Shown here piece after piece: positions 38,090 to 49,772 of a stretch of DNA of 64,000 bases (position 1 is the stretch's first letter; each line of letters starts with the position of its first letter). The notes below the pieces were generated by a model. It saw nothing but the letters and a program-made list of their open reading frames with translations, made no database searches and was not told the origin of the DNA. The position numbers were made by a program, and so were the translations under genes. The stretch is taken from the NCBI RefSeq assembly GCF_006345805.1, contig NC_043002.1, positions 113,088,001 through 113,152,000 on the forward strand. The letters are read 5' to 3'. This DNA comes from Octopus sinensis. Lineage: Eukaryota.

Positions 38090-39392
38090 GTATATGCATA
38101 TGTGTATGCACACCAACTTATCTTGCTCTTCCTCTCAGTTTTTTTTGTTTTTTGTATTTTATTTCGCCTCATTATTTTTCTTTTTCCTTCTTTCTCTCTA
38201 TTTCATTTCCTTCAGGATCACCCCAACACCCTTCCTCTTCACCTACCGTCTCCGCAACTAATCGAAGTTGATCGCTGCACAAAAATATGTCAGCTAGCTC
38301 TCCAGTTAATTCTAGTCACAAAACTTTGCCAAGTATATCTCTGGCAGCAGCCAAAGTGAGCAGCTAATTAATAATCAAAGATTTTTCTACTAATGAATTT
38401 ACTGCTTGCTCTCTTTATGAAACGGTCTGCTCTAGCCTAACTATAGGTGATCTGCTGTCGAAGGTATTCACTATTTTATGAAAGCTATACTATTGCCTTT
38501 CTGGGATGTTGTTCATGATTTATGTGTGAATACAGTAAAAAAAACGTGAGATTTAACTCTTTTATATGTGATCTGACAAAACTCCGAAAAGTAATTTAAT
38601 GTTTTAAATTTTGGCACAAAAAATCAGCAATTTTAGGGGTGGGTTAGATTAGTCGATAGCGTCGATCCCAGTACTTGGCTAGTATTTTATTTTAACGAAA
38701 CCCGAAAGGATTAAAAATCAAATTGGACCCCGGCGGGATTTGAACTCAGAAATTAAAGCAATGATGCTCAACATTGTACCTGACATGACAACGATTCTAT
38801 CAGCTCGCAGCCTTACACCGAACGCTAATTTATTTCTAGCTAAAACATTTTTGCAACAGGTTTTCTCTACGTAAAATCCTTTGTCGTTTGGTAAAGGCGG
38901 TTTTCGAAACACTATATTATGCAATAAGATTATGCCTTATGAATGCTTAGAAAATTGATAAGGTTTTCCAGTATACATGTAAATATTATTTTTTAGGTTA
39001 ATCCCAATTTCTTTAAATCATCTCCTTTCCTACCCTTTTCTTTAGTAGTTGTTAACAATTACCGCCAAGATTTTATTTTCTTTCCCCTAATTAATATAAA
39101 TACTTAAATTAATTCGAAACAGTTTAATACGTTACTCCTCAATATAGGGCTGACCAGCTACACACTGAGTCAATCGGGGAGATCATCCCACCGCCTTCCT
39201 TTGGCTGGTAAGGACAGGCAGGTGGCCTTAACAGAAGAGCTTGTGTGATGGACCAAGCTGAAAAGACTAAAGACAGCCAACTTCGTTTTTGGACAGACCT
39301 TCACCAACTTTTTGTGTAAAACCTAGGAGAGTCGATGTAATTGACTAGCCCCCTTCCCCAAAATTTCAGGACTTGTGCCTATAATAGAAAGG

Positions 39393-39445
<53 letters not shown>

Positions 39446-39468
39446 CATTATTATTATTATTATTATTA

Positions 39469-39503
<35 letters not shown>
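39393..39503. repeat. (ATT)n / (TAA)n microsatellite
   Basis: Direct reading; abuts the 3' end of the R4/Dong-like element. Confidence 0.95.
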
Positions 39504-39504
<1 letters not shown>

Positions 39505-40674
39505 CTTCGAAACACAGAGTTGGTAGAAATGCACCGGAGTCTTTAGTCATATGTCAAGCCACAACAAGGACCAAAGACGGGTGATACCTTCCTTAAGATA
39601 TGTGATGTGTCCAATATGGCTTCTTTTTTGCAAGACATCAATCTTGCATGGAATTTCCAGTTGCTTTAAGAAGTCTTGAAGTTTCAATGGAATTGAGCCC
39701 AGTGCTCCGATCACCACTGGTATCACTTTTACATTTCCCTCTCGCATTCCATACAGTCTTGCCATTTCCACTTTCAATTCGGAGTACTTGGTGATTTTTT
39801 TAACCTCTTTACTCACAACATTCATGTCACTTGGAATGATTATGCCAATGATCTGGCTGTATTTGTCTCTATTATTCAACATGACAATGTCCGGCCGATG
39901 GTGTTCGATTACACGATCTGTCAGCAAATCATAGTCCCAGAGTATCGTTACTTTTCCATCCTCCTGCATAACTTGGTACATTCTCATACCATTTCTCTGT
40001 TACTTCATATTGGCATTTACGGCATAAGAGCCAATGAAGATGCGCACATACATTATCGTGGCGGCGCTTGTATTTTTTTTTTTATTTTTGTGCAAGGCTC
40101 TCACATCCACTTACCAAGTGGGTCACATTTTCCACATTCTTTCCACAGAGTCTGCATTTCTGGGTGTCAGATATTTTATAGATGTTATACTTCACTGACT
40201 TGTGCAGCAATGATCAGGCTTTCGGTGGTACGCTTCAAATCACCTCGCTCAAGCCATGCTCAGGGTGCTGTATTATCCTTAATGTTCTGTGCATTCTTTT
40301 CAAACTGTCCATGCATTCTCATTTCAGGAAGGTCTTCTTTTCTCTTCTCCTCAGCTCTTTGGTTAAACTCTTCCTTGTCCATCATTTCATCAGCATATCC
40401 ACCCTTATCTTTCACGGCATATTGCAGCAGGTCTTCATCACCATTTATCAAATACTCGGCAAGCGTTCTCCTTTCACTCCTTATACAATGGTCTATACTA
40501 ATTCGTCCTCTGCCACCATTCTTTCTTTCCATATACAGTCTGTTTACCTTTGCTTTAGGGTGTAGCGCTCCATGCAGCCTCATCAACTTTCTCGTCCTTC
40601 TATCCAGTGTTGATATTTCCTCCTTAGTTCATTTGAGGATGGACGCACTATATCTGACCACCGCAACTGCCCAT
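39504..40674 (-). mobile_element. 5'-truncated R4/Dong-like non-LTR retrotransposon (RT tail, CCHC, restriction-like endonuclease), disrupted
   Basis: WAVAVVRYSASIL, LHGALHPKAKVNRLYMERKNGGRG, KCRLCGKNVENVTHLVSGC..LA...YKRRHDNVC, ILWDYDLLTDRVIEHHRPDIVM, KITKYSEL, VIPVVIGALGSI; (TAA)n on both sides. Confidence 0.9.
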
Positions 40675-40709
40675 ATTATTATTATTATTATTATTATTAC
40701 TATTTATTT

Positions 40710-40950
40710 AAAAACTCTCAACTTCTTTTGTTGGGTATGATAGAAAGTGTCAACTGTCCACAGCTACAGACTAAGATGACACTTAACTACTGATCATGCT
40801 TCAAGAACCCTACAGAGAACTCTTGTGGTTCCAAGCAATAATGATTTTTGTAAGTGTTCTATCGTTATATTTGTACCAATTTTTTTGAGTCATGCTCAAA
40901 ACAGTTGAGTTTTGATACTTCCAAGCACAGCAATTACTACTAGTATTACG
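40710..40950 (-). mobile_element. Older R4/Dong-like 3'-end fragment ending in the (TAA)n tract at 40675-40708
   Basis: VILVVIAVLGSI...LKKIGTNITIEHLQKSLLLGTTRVLCRVL followed by a short 3' UTR and TAA repeats. Confidence 0.7.
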
Positions 40951-41782
40951 TCCACTCCCATCATTGCCTACAACCTGCATATTTCCCACTTTAAATCGTC
41001 ATAGTTGTTCTCAACATGGTATGTTGATTATTGTGCAAGTTTAGTTTTTCTTTTTTTTGTTCACCACATGTCAGGTTTCGATATCTGATCTGATGGTCAC
41101 ACTGAATCATTGCATTACTTTAACAATCCATATGTGTATGCGCGCGCGCGTTTGTGTTTGTGTGTGCCTGTGTGTGTGTGTGTGAGAGAGAGGAGAGAGA
41201 GAGAGAGAGAGATGGACGGACTTCCAGACAGTTTTTGTCAACAAAATTAACTCACACAAGGCCAGCACCAGAGCAAGAGACACTTGTACAAAGTGCCACC
41301 CAGAAGGACTGAACCCGAAACAGCGCAGTCGCAAGCGAGTGAGTTTCTTAACCCCACAGCCATACACGATCAAAATTTCAAATGTTCTTAAATTCAAATC
41401 CCACCCACGTTAAATTTGCATTCCAGTCTTTCTGGATTGTGAAAGTAAGCAGGAGTCCAATACTAAGGCTGATATAAACAACTCTTCCGTTACTATATAA
41501 TAATGGCCACAATACACAAAATATCGAAGATCTAATCATGTTTACCTATGTTGTTGCCAAACATCAGATTTGGTCTTGTTGTTCAGGATGTTACTACAGT
41601 TGTTTAGTTTTGTTGTTACATTTCGTTCTCGCTATCGACTTCTTTCACTGCACAACCAAATTCCTTTTCGCTGAAATATATAATTCTAAGGCGGAATATA
41701 TGTCTCTTTCGACAGACTACAGACTCTTTCAACAGACTCTTTCAATTCACTACTTTACTACTTTCATTGGAAACGAATTATT

Positions 41783-41898
<116 letters not shown>

Positions 41899-41947
41899 GT
41901 GAATTGTAGAAATGGAGCTGAACGCAGATTGAACAGAAATCGTTTTA

Positions 41948-42035
41948 TTTCATTCTACACGTGTTTCGAAAGGCACAAATTACAAAATCCGATTGAATAA
42001 TGGGACCATATTGTGTCTTTCTCTTCAGGAAGAAA
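41948..42035 (-). ncRNA. Type I hammerhead ribozyme (Penelope-type), minus-strand mirror copy
   Basis: tttcttc-CTGAAGA-gaaagacacaa..ttgtgcctttc-GAAA-cacgtg-TA-gaatgaaa; intact core. Confidence 0.75.
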
Positions 42036-42137
42036 AAAGGAAATCCGTTGTTCGCCATGGGCTTTTAGGAGCGAGCGTAGTTCGATTTGTTTTTGCTCCG
42101 CCTCTGTTCTGTTTTTTGTTTTCCAACGGATTTCCTT

Positions 42138-42225
42138 TTTCTTCCTGAAGAGAAAGACACAATATGGTTCCATTATTCAATCGGATTTTGGTAATTTGTG
42201 CCTTTCGAAACACGTGTAGATGAAA
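42138..42225 (+). ncRNA. Type I hammerhead ribozyme (Penelope-type)
   Basis: Stem I tttcttc/gatgaaa; core CTGAAGA 42145-42151; stem II gaaagacacaa/ttgtgcctttc; GAAA 42207-42210; palindromic stem III acacgtgt; GUA cleavage predicted after 42218. Confidence 0.8.
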
Positions 42226-42639
42226 TAATAAAACGATTTCTGTTCAATCTGCGTTCAGCTCCATTTCTTCAATTCACCAATAATGTTTTAATTTCAATTA
42301 TCCGCACCAACGCACGGTTGCAACGCCAGATGGTTGTACCTCCAACCGTGCTGTTTACTGCTGTGATTTTTTTGCTACTAAGGTATCGGTTAAACTTTTG
42401 ATTAATCTACTACAAGATTATTCATCTTTCTATTTCACACATATATATATATATATATTATATATATATATCTATATATATATATATATATACATATATA
42501 TACAGGTATATTCGCATATATTAATGTGTGTGCTTGTGTATGTATATAATATGTAACATATATGTATATGTATATATGTTTATCTATATATATATATATA
42601 TATATATACATACACAGACACACACATACCCACACACAT

Positions 42640-44352
42640 ACAACTTAGATATGTTTCGACCAAAGATTGGTCCAGTCCATGTCTAACTTAATAGCACCAC
42701 CTGATAGGATTATCTAAATCCTGTTTAAGTCAAGTTTTGTTTATGGTCCATTCAAGTAGTGAGTTTTTGTTGGGTGAGTTGTATCCAATTATGGGTGGCT
42801 TATCTGGTATTCCTTGAAAGAATCTATCCAGCCTGTTAAAGTTGATGGGATCCTTTTCCTCTTTGATCTCTTTCGGGACAATGTTAAACAGGGCAGGGCT
42901 TGTTGAGGAAAAGAAATTATGTTGCAGTGTACATGTATGCTGTGATCTTGAATTGGGCAGGAGACGTATGGCCCGTGGTCTCAGTCTTGGATGAACCTTG
43001 AAGCTAATGTTCAAGTCGTTTGGGCAAAGTTGGTGGTATATTCTCCAAATCGTACAAATGATGTACCGCTGACGGCGACGCTGGAAAGAGTAGAGTTTCA
43101 AAGCTTTAAGGCGGTCCCAATAACGATGGTGAAATCTTTTATTTTCACCTCGGCATCCATATGGGTGTTGTTTAGATGAGTTTCAGTAAGGATAAAGAAA
43201 GGGAAGCAATGTGTCGTTTCGGCAAGCCAACTCTCTATATATGGGATCTTCCATTTTTGGGCAATGATTGATGGGTTGATGCCACGTACATTTAACAGGA
43301 ATGTCGAGGTATGGGTAGTTTGATGTTTGCATTGTTCTAAGTTATGTTTTATGTTGGTCAGTGGTCCTATTGTAGTAGCAGTAGCAGAGTGTTGTTGTTG
43401 TTGTTGTTGTTGCTGTAGCAGCAGTGAAACTTGACTTGTAACAGTAGGGCTGGGTGGAATCGGGTCAAATACTGGTGCCAAACAAGGTGCTTCCAATGTA
43501 GTAGCAGAAGCAGGCTGTTGTTGTTGTTGTGATAGTGAGTCCTGGCTTGCCAAGGTAGTGTTGGGTGGAATTAGGTCAGATAGCGATATCAATGAGGATG
43601 TTGTTTGTTGCTGGCTATCGGGTCGTTGAAGTGACCCCTGACCTGTTGGAGTTGGGCCATTTGGTGCACTACATTCATTGACAAGTATGGCTTCAAGTGT
43701 TGCCATGTGCGTGTGGAAAATAGGAAATGATCTTACGATCTCTTTTATTTTATTTTCGATCTGTTTTACAGAACTGTAAAAGGATATTTTTGCTAATTTT
43801 TCAGCGATTTTAATGTAAACATTAACTTTTACACAATCGTTATGGTGAGTGTACCAAGCGTTTATCAGTGAACTGATTTCATTTTCAACCCAGTGGCGTT
43901 TTGGAATATTATTGGCCATATTCAGTGGGACAGTATTATACACTGTACGTTTGTAATTGATGGCTTGATGTATAATAGTGAATGCACCGTTGAAAAGTTT
44001 GTGTCGATATATTGGGAAATTCGTGGCTATATCTGGGTGTGTGTGGTAGAGTTCAGTGTATTTAGTACAAATCAGAATGAGCGGTGTGTTTAATACAGAT
44101 CAAGAGAAAAGAATTGTACTCACGGGACTAGTTTTAGGTTTAGTTTTGGTTTATATTTCTTTCTCCAGGTTGTATATAAATTTGTATAAATTTATCCTCC
44201 GATGGTAGTAAAATAGTAGAATAGTAGAATTCAAAAGTTCTGGGACTATAAACAAGGAAAGTTTCTGCTGGCTTGAGTTGAAATATGCTTCTTTGGCTAC
44301 TGACTTGACCGGAGTATGAAAAGTACGTCTTGTCACGACGAATCCCGCGATG
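42640..44352 (-). mobile_element. Internally deleted CR1/L2-group LINE (5' region + Myb/SANT-like/APE-start ORF joined to ORF2 C-terminus and 3' UTR)
   Basis: LLNVRGI..FILTETHLN..DAEVKIKDFTI (APE N-terminus) abuts YWDRLKALKLYSFQRRRQRYII.TIWRI...FF....P.LFNIVPKEIK...LDRFF..IPDKP...NSLLEW (ORF2 C-terminus); outer limits approximate, bounded by microsatellites. Confidence 0.75.
43098..43919 (-). CDS. 273-aa ORF: Myb/SANT-like domain, P/Q/T-rich linker, truncated APE endonuclease start
   Basis: ATG at 43919 (the ORF track starts at GTG 43943); WVENEISSLI...YIKIAEKL...F..SVKQIENKIKEI pattern; polyQ; the frame ends shortly after the deletion junction. Confidence 0.55.
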   Translation of the reverse strand: MANNIPKRHWVENEISSLINAWYTHHNDCVKVNVYIKIAEKLAKISFYSSVKQIENKIKEIVRSFPIFHTHMATLEAILVNECSAPNGPTPTGQGSLQRPDSQQQTTSSLISLSDLIPPNTTLASQDSLSQQQQQPASATTLEAPCLAPVFDPIPPSPTVTSQVSLLLQQQQQQQQHSATATTIGPLTNIKHNLEQCKHQTTHTSTFLLNVRGINPSIIAQKWKIPYIESWLAETTHCFPFFILTETHLNNTHMDAEVKIKDFTIVIGTALKL

Positions 44353-44389
44353 CATATATATATTATATGTGTGTGTGTGTGTATGTATG

Positions 44390-44448
<59 letters not shown>

Positions 44449-44449
<1 letters not shown>

Positions 44450-46013
44450 GAGAAAGTTGGTTTGTGAAAGCACGTTGTGAATATATAGAAAATAGTAAAA
44501 AGTGAAAAAACTACAGAAGGCTTGTTTTAAAAGGTTAAAAAATATATATTTGAGTCAATATGTCTGAAGAATGTAGCCAATGGGCTACCTGGAAATAATC
44601 ATTTACCAGGAATCTTTATCAATCTTTGGAAACCCCCTCTCTCAATACATAAAAGAGAATTGGAAACGATTCCTGGACGATTGTTTTATACTCTTGAATG
44701 AAAACACAGATAAACTCCTAAAATTTAAAAACCTATTGAACAGAATAAACCCAAATATACAGTTCACAATGGAATACAACCAAAAGGAGCTCCCATTCTT
44801 GGATATACTAATTAAAAAAATTAACCTTAAAATAGAAACAGACATTTTTTACAAAGCCACAGACGCCAAACAATACCTTCTTTTTAATTCATGCACCCAA
44901 GACACACAAACCAACATCCCCTTCAACCTTGCAAGAAGGATATGCACAATAGTGTCAGAACAAAATACCAGGAACTTTAGACTGCAAGAACTCAAAAACA
45001 CCCTAATTGACAGACATTACCCACCTCAACTCATAGAGGATGGATCAGACGTGCAACAGAAATCAACATAGAAACTTTAAGAAAAGTTTAACACAAACAA
45101 CCACACCTTCCCCGAAAATACTACCTTACATATCCACATACAACCCCAGAAACAAAGAAGCCTTCACCATCATCACCCAGAATTTACCAATACTTCATAA
45201 GGACCCCAAATTAAAGGAAATTCTAAACATACACCAAATCATTAAAAGCTACAAACAACCTAAATCACTTAAAAAGATTCTCACAAAGGCAAAATTGTTT
45301 TCTGAAATTACGGATGCAAAAGTTTAAAAAATGTGGTAGACCGAACTGTGCAACATGTCCAAACCTGCTAGAAGGATCAGAATTCCTCTTCAAAGAGGGA
45401 CAGAAATTCAAGATCAAATCTAATTTTACTTGTGCCTCTGAAAACATAATTTATGTCATAAAATGCTCGGGCTGCCACCAAGACTACGTGGGATCCACGA
45501 GACTATCACTCAGACGTAGATGCACACTGCATCGACAACAGATTGCATTCCCAGAATACAGAATGATACCCTTTAGTGAGCACATTGAGAAATGCGCAAA
45601 GCAACTACTACCACAATTTTTAATCTTTCCATTTTACCAATGTGCTATCGGAACACCAACACAAATTAGACTAAACAAGGAAACATTCTTCATTAAAAAG
45701 TACAAGCCCAGACTTAACCATTCCAACATACTTATACAGAGAAACTCAATCCAAAAGAAAGGCAAATAATTTTAAGCGATTATCTCCCTTACACCGGAAG
45801 AAATCACTTATTATCTAGATCACCGCTCAACGTAAACATAACGTTTTAAGAAATTTGAAAAGCTGAACGCGAAACCGGTCATTTCTTCTAAACTATGTCA
45901 TTGTAAGGGGAAAAAATTTATAACATTCTTCAGACATATTGACTCAAATATATATTTTTTAACCTTTTAAAACAAGCCTTCTGTAGTTTTTTTCACTTTT
46001 TACTATTGTCTAT
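44449..46013 (+). mobile_element. 5'-truncated Penelope-like element (RT + GIY-YIG, frameshifted) with inverted 5' pLTR piece
   Basis: MGYLE, WKRFLDDCF, IQFTMEY...LPFLDILI, TDIFYK.TD..QYL.FNS, IPFNLARRICTI; CGRPNCATC, NFTCASENIIYVIKCSGC..DYVGST..LRRR..LH; 44476-44574 is the reverse complement of 45923-46013. Confidence 0.93.
45848..45887 (+). ncRNA. Minimal hammerhead ribozyme with U3:A8 core variant in Penelope pLTR
   Basis: Stem I aagaaat/atttctt (7 bp); core TTGAAAA; stem II gc-tgaac-gc; GAAA; palindrome accggt; GUC site. Confidence 0.6.
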
Positions 46014-46015
46014 AT

Positions 46016-46069
<54 letters not shown>

Positions 46070-46114
46070 ATATATATATATAATATATATAATATATATA
46101 TATATATATATACA

Positions 46115-46153
<39 letters not shown>

Positions 46154-46154
46154 T

Positions 46155-46185
<31 letters not shown>

Positions 46186-46189
<4 letters not shown>

Positions 46190-46367
46190 GAAAATAGTAA
46201 AAAGTGAAAAAACTACAGAAGGCTTGTTTTAAAAGGTTAAAAAATATATATTGAGTCAATATGTCTGAAGAATGTTATAAATTTTTTTTCCTTACAATGA
46301 CATAGTTTAGAAGAAGTGACCGGTTTCGCGTTCAGCTTTTCAAATTTCTTAAAACGTTATATATATA
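46186..46367 (-). repeat. Inverted copy of the Penelope pLTR across a (TA)n tract, with mirror U3:A8 hammerhead at 46311-46350
   Basis: Reverse complement of 45837-46013. Confidence 0.85.
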
Positions 46368-46875
46368 TAAATTTCTTAAAACGTTATATATATATATATA
46401 TATATGTACACAGGTTGAGTGCATACAGCATTGATGCATGTCCTTTTTATATGCTTTATATATCTGATTCTTCCCTTTGGGTCTAAACATTTTGTAAGTG
46501 AAGAAATACTTTGCACTAATTCACCGCTTCTAGTCTTGTTGTAATCACATTACACACCAACTTCCCTATAATTCTAATAATGTAATGTTTTAACTTCTGA
46601 ACAAACCCTGCTGATATCACGAACACAGAAATTAATTGCATTAGCATACGCCTCAGCACCTATAAAGTCTGTGTTTATACACATATATAGCTAACTTACT
46701 AGCTAGCAAATTACATGCTTACATGCATATATATACACACGCACATACGCACACAGATATATATGCATATATATATATATATATATTATATATACATACA
46801 TATATATACATATATATATGTATGTATACATATATATACAATATATACATATATATTTGAGTGTATATAGATATA

Positions 46876-46934
<59 letters not shown>

Positions 46935-47383
46935 TATATGTATGTATATATATATATTATCTTGCCTTCATAGCATACTCTGTGGAAAAGAAAATACTTA
47001 CCCTCAATTCTAAACGCTAATTCTCCTTTGTTTTTGCCAAAGCTCTGACACAAAACTTGGTACGCCTCACCGTTTTTATATTTTCGTTTTACATTTTCAG
47101 TTATTTTTTTATTGGAATCTTCCGCTTGTATGTAATGTCATCCCGTTCGACAAGTCATACACGCGCGTAATAACAAACTAAAATGTACAGAGATCTTCGA
47201 ATAATTATTCTTCTTATTGTTGGTGGAGATGGTGCTGCTGCTTCTGTTCTTGTCGTTGCTCCTATTGTTATTGTTGTTGTTGTTGTTGTTACCGTTTAAC
47301 ATTCAACTTAATTACATCATTTCGTTTATTTTGTATTGGTTTTGGTTTCGCTGTGGGTGTCCTTTTCAGAGAATGGGAAGGAA

Positions 47384-47421
<38 letters not shown>

Positions 47422-47481
47422 ATATATATATATTATAATATATATATATTATAATATATATTATAATATATATATATATAT

Positions 47482-47546
<65 letters not shown>

Positions 47547-48698
47547 TGTATATATATATATATATGTACATATATATATACATATATATTATATTTAAAC
47601 ACACAGACACATATATATGTGCATATATATATATGCATATATGTATGTATATATGATGTGTGTGTGTATTTACTCAAATATATAGATATATAGATATATA
47701 CGCATGTACACATATATATGTAATTGCTTGTATATATATATGTATGTATGTGTGTATGTATTTATGTACGTTTGTATGTATGTATATAAGTATCAATATA
47801 TGCATATATATACACATATATATATGCATAAAGTGTGTGTGTGTGTGCGTGCGTACGTGTGTGTGTGTGTGTGTGTCTGTGTCTGTCTGTGTGTTTCATC
47901 TATTGAATACCCATAACAAGTAATATCTTTGCCAGTAAAAGGCCAGAAGTAACGACATTAAATCAAAGTAGATCCATCAAAATTTATCTGGAACTAGTAA
48001 CCATTAAGAAACTGTTGGAGTTTACCTCATTTTTCTGCTCACTCCAAGATGGATTGTGTATTTTAATTCAATGAAACATGCAACTGTTCTTTCTCAATGA
48101 CACTTTCATATTAATTATATTACAATCCTATTTGCAATTTCATGTTGGCAGGGATATGGGCCTTTTTTCCAAAGCATGTAAAGTCATTGAATTAAAGTGA
48201 GCAACTATGTATGTCCGCGTGGCTGTGTGAGCGTATGTGTGCATATATTTATGGATATATGTATGTATATGGATGGCTGCATGCATGTATGTATGTGTAT
48301 GTATATATATATATATATATAATATATATATATAATATATATATATATATATGTTCGTATGTATGCATGTATGTGTGTATTATGCATGTATGTGCTTATG
48401 CATGTATATAGACATGTCGATGAGAAACTGTGGGCTTTCGAAGTGTCTGTGCACGGGTGCACATCTATGACTGTGTATATGTTCACTCTGGCAGTATGAG
48501 AACATGCTCCTTATTTTAGATATATGTGAAATTTTTATGAATATACGCACTCACTCACACACACATATACACGCACACACATACGCACACATACACATAT
48601 GTGTGTATGGGTGAGTGTATAGGCATACATACACTGACACAATGAATCAATCATATATATATGCACACATATACATATGTATCTACACTCGTACATAG

Positions 48699-48733
<35 letters not shown>

Positions 48734-48840
48734 TATATATATACAATTAAGGGCTCCTAAATTAAGATGCCGAGTGCTGGGAACACAAAAAGGGGATGAA
48801 CTTATCGAGAGTGAAAAACAAAACGTTTACCGATAACTTT

Positions 48841-48916
48841 AACTCGAACCGCGGTTTCTGCTTCTTTCTAGCAAAACACAAGATATGTTTGCTAAGGCCA
48901 GCTTCATCAGCGAGTC
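48841..48916 (-). ncRNA. Type I hammerhead ribozyme, mirror copy
   Basis: Reverse complement of 49099-49174. Confidence 0.65.
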
Positions 48917-49098
48917 GCCTTAATTTAATCGAGGTCTGCAGCGATGTGAGACCATTTATTCGTAAAATTCTTCCCGGCATGCCCTATACTGCCGTATAAA
49001 TTTTGCGTCTGCGCAGAGATTTGAAAAGTTAAGATCTGCTAGTAGTTCGAGATCAACACATGGTCTCACATCGCTGCAGACCTCGATTAAATTAAGGC

Positions 49099-49174
49099 GA
49101 CTCGCTGATGAAGCTAGCCTTAGCAAACATATCTTGTGTTTTGCTAGAAAGAAGCAGAAACCGCGGTTCGAGTT
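49099..49174 (+). ncRNA. Type I hammerhead ribozyme (Penelope-type)
   Basis: Stem I gactcg/cgagtt; CTGATGA 49105-49111; stem II gct..agc plus tagcaaa/tttgcta with an unpaired A at its base on each side; GAAA 49157-49160; palindrome accgcggt; GUU site after 49168. Confidence 0.65.
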
Positions 49175-49474
49175 AAAGTTATCGGTAAACGTTTTGTTTT
49201 TCACTCTCGATAAGTTCATCCCCTTTTTGTGTTCCCAGCACTCGGCATCTTAATTTAGGAGCCCTTAATTGTATAACTACATGAATAATATTTTTCTATA
49301 TGAATAATATTTTTGTCTTATGACTAATTCGTCTTTTGTGCTGGGCACCTGGTAGTAAATAATATTACTACCCTTCTTGTTCATATCCGTATATATATAT
49401 ATATATGCAAACACACATACATATATATATATGTGTGTAGGTATATATATATGTATATGTATAATATATATATA

Positions 49475-49506
<32 letters not shown>

Positions 49507-49512
49507 ATATAT

Positions 49513-49566
<54 letters not shown>

Positions 49567-49736
49567 TATATATATATATATTATATATATATATATATTA
49601 TTATATATATATATATATATATAATATATAATATATATATATTTACATTCATATGCCTAAAGAATGTATATAACGTGATAATCCGAATGTTTGTTACGTA
49701 CGTCTCCATATCCGTGTATATATATATATGTGTGTG

Positions 49737-49772
<36 letters not shown>

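Larger units (their letters stand above)
48740..49275. repeat. Near-perfect fold-back module (216-bp arms, 104-bp spacer)
   Basis: 48740-48955 vs 49060-49275; the only mismatch I found is 48899/49116. Confidence 0.95.

Noticed and set aside
42640-42700. Hammerhead at the 3' end of the CR1/L2-group element (gaccaa tctt tggtc GAAA)
   Set aside because: There is no CTGANGA core upstream; better explained as a LINE 3' stem-loop.
44033-44123. GT-AG intron-like segment (GTGAGT...CCCAG, minus) upstream of the Myb/APE ORF
   Set aside because: Splicing would not extend the ORF (in-frame stop upstream), there is no transcript evidence, and such signals occur by chance.
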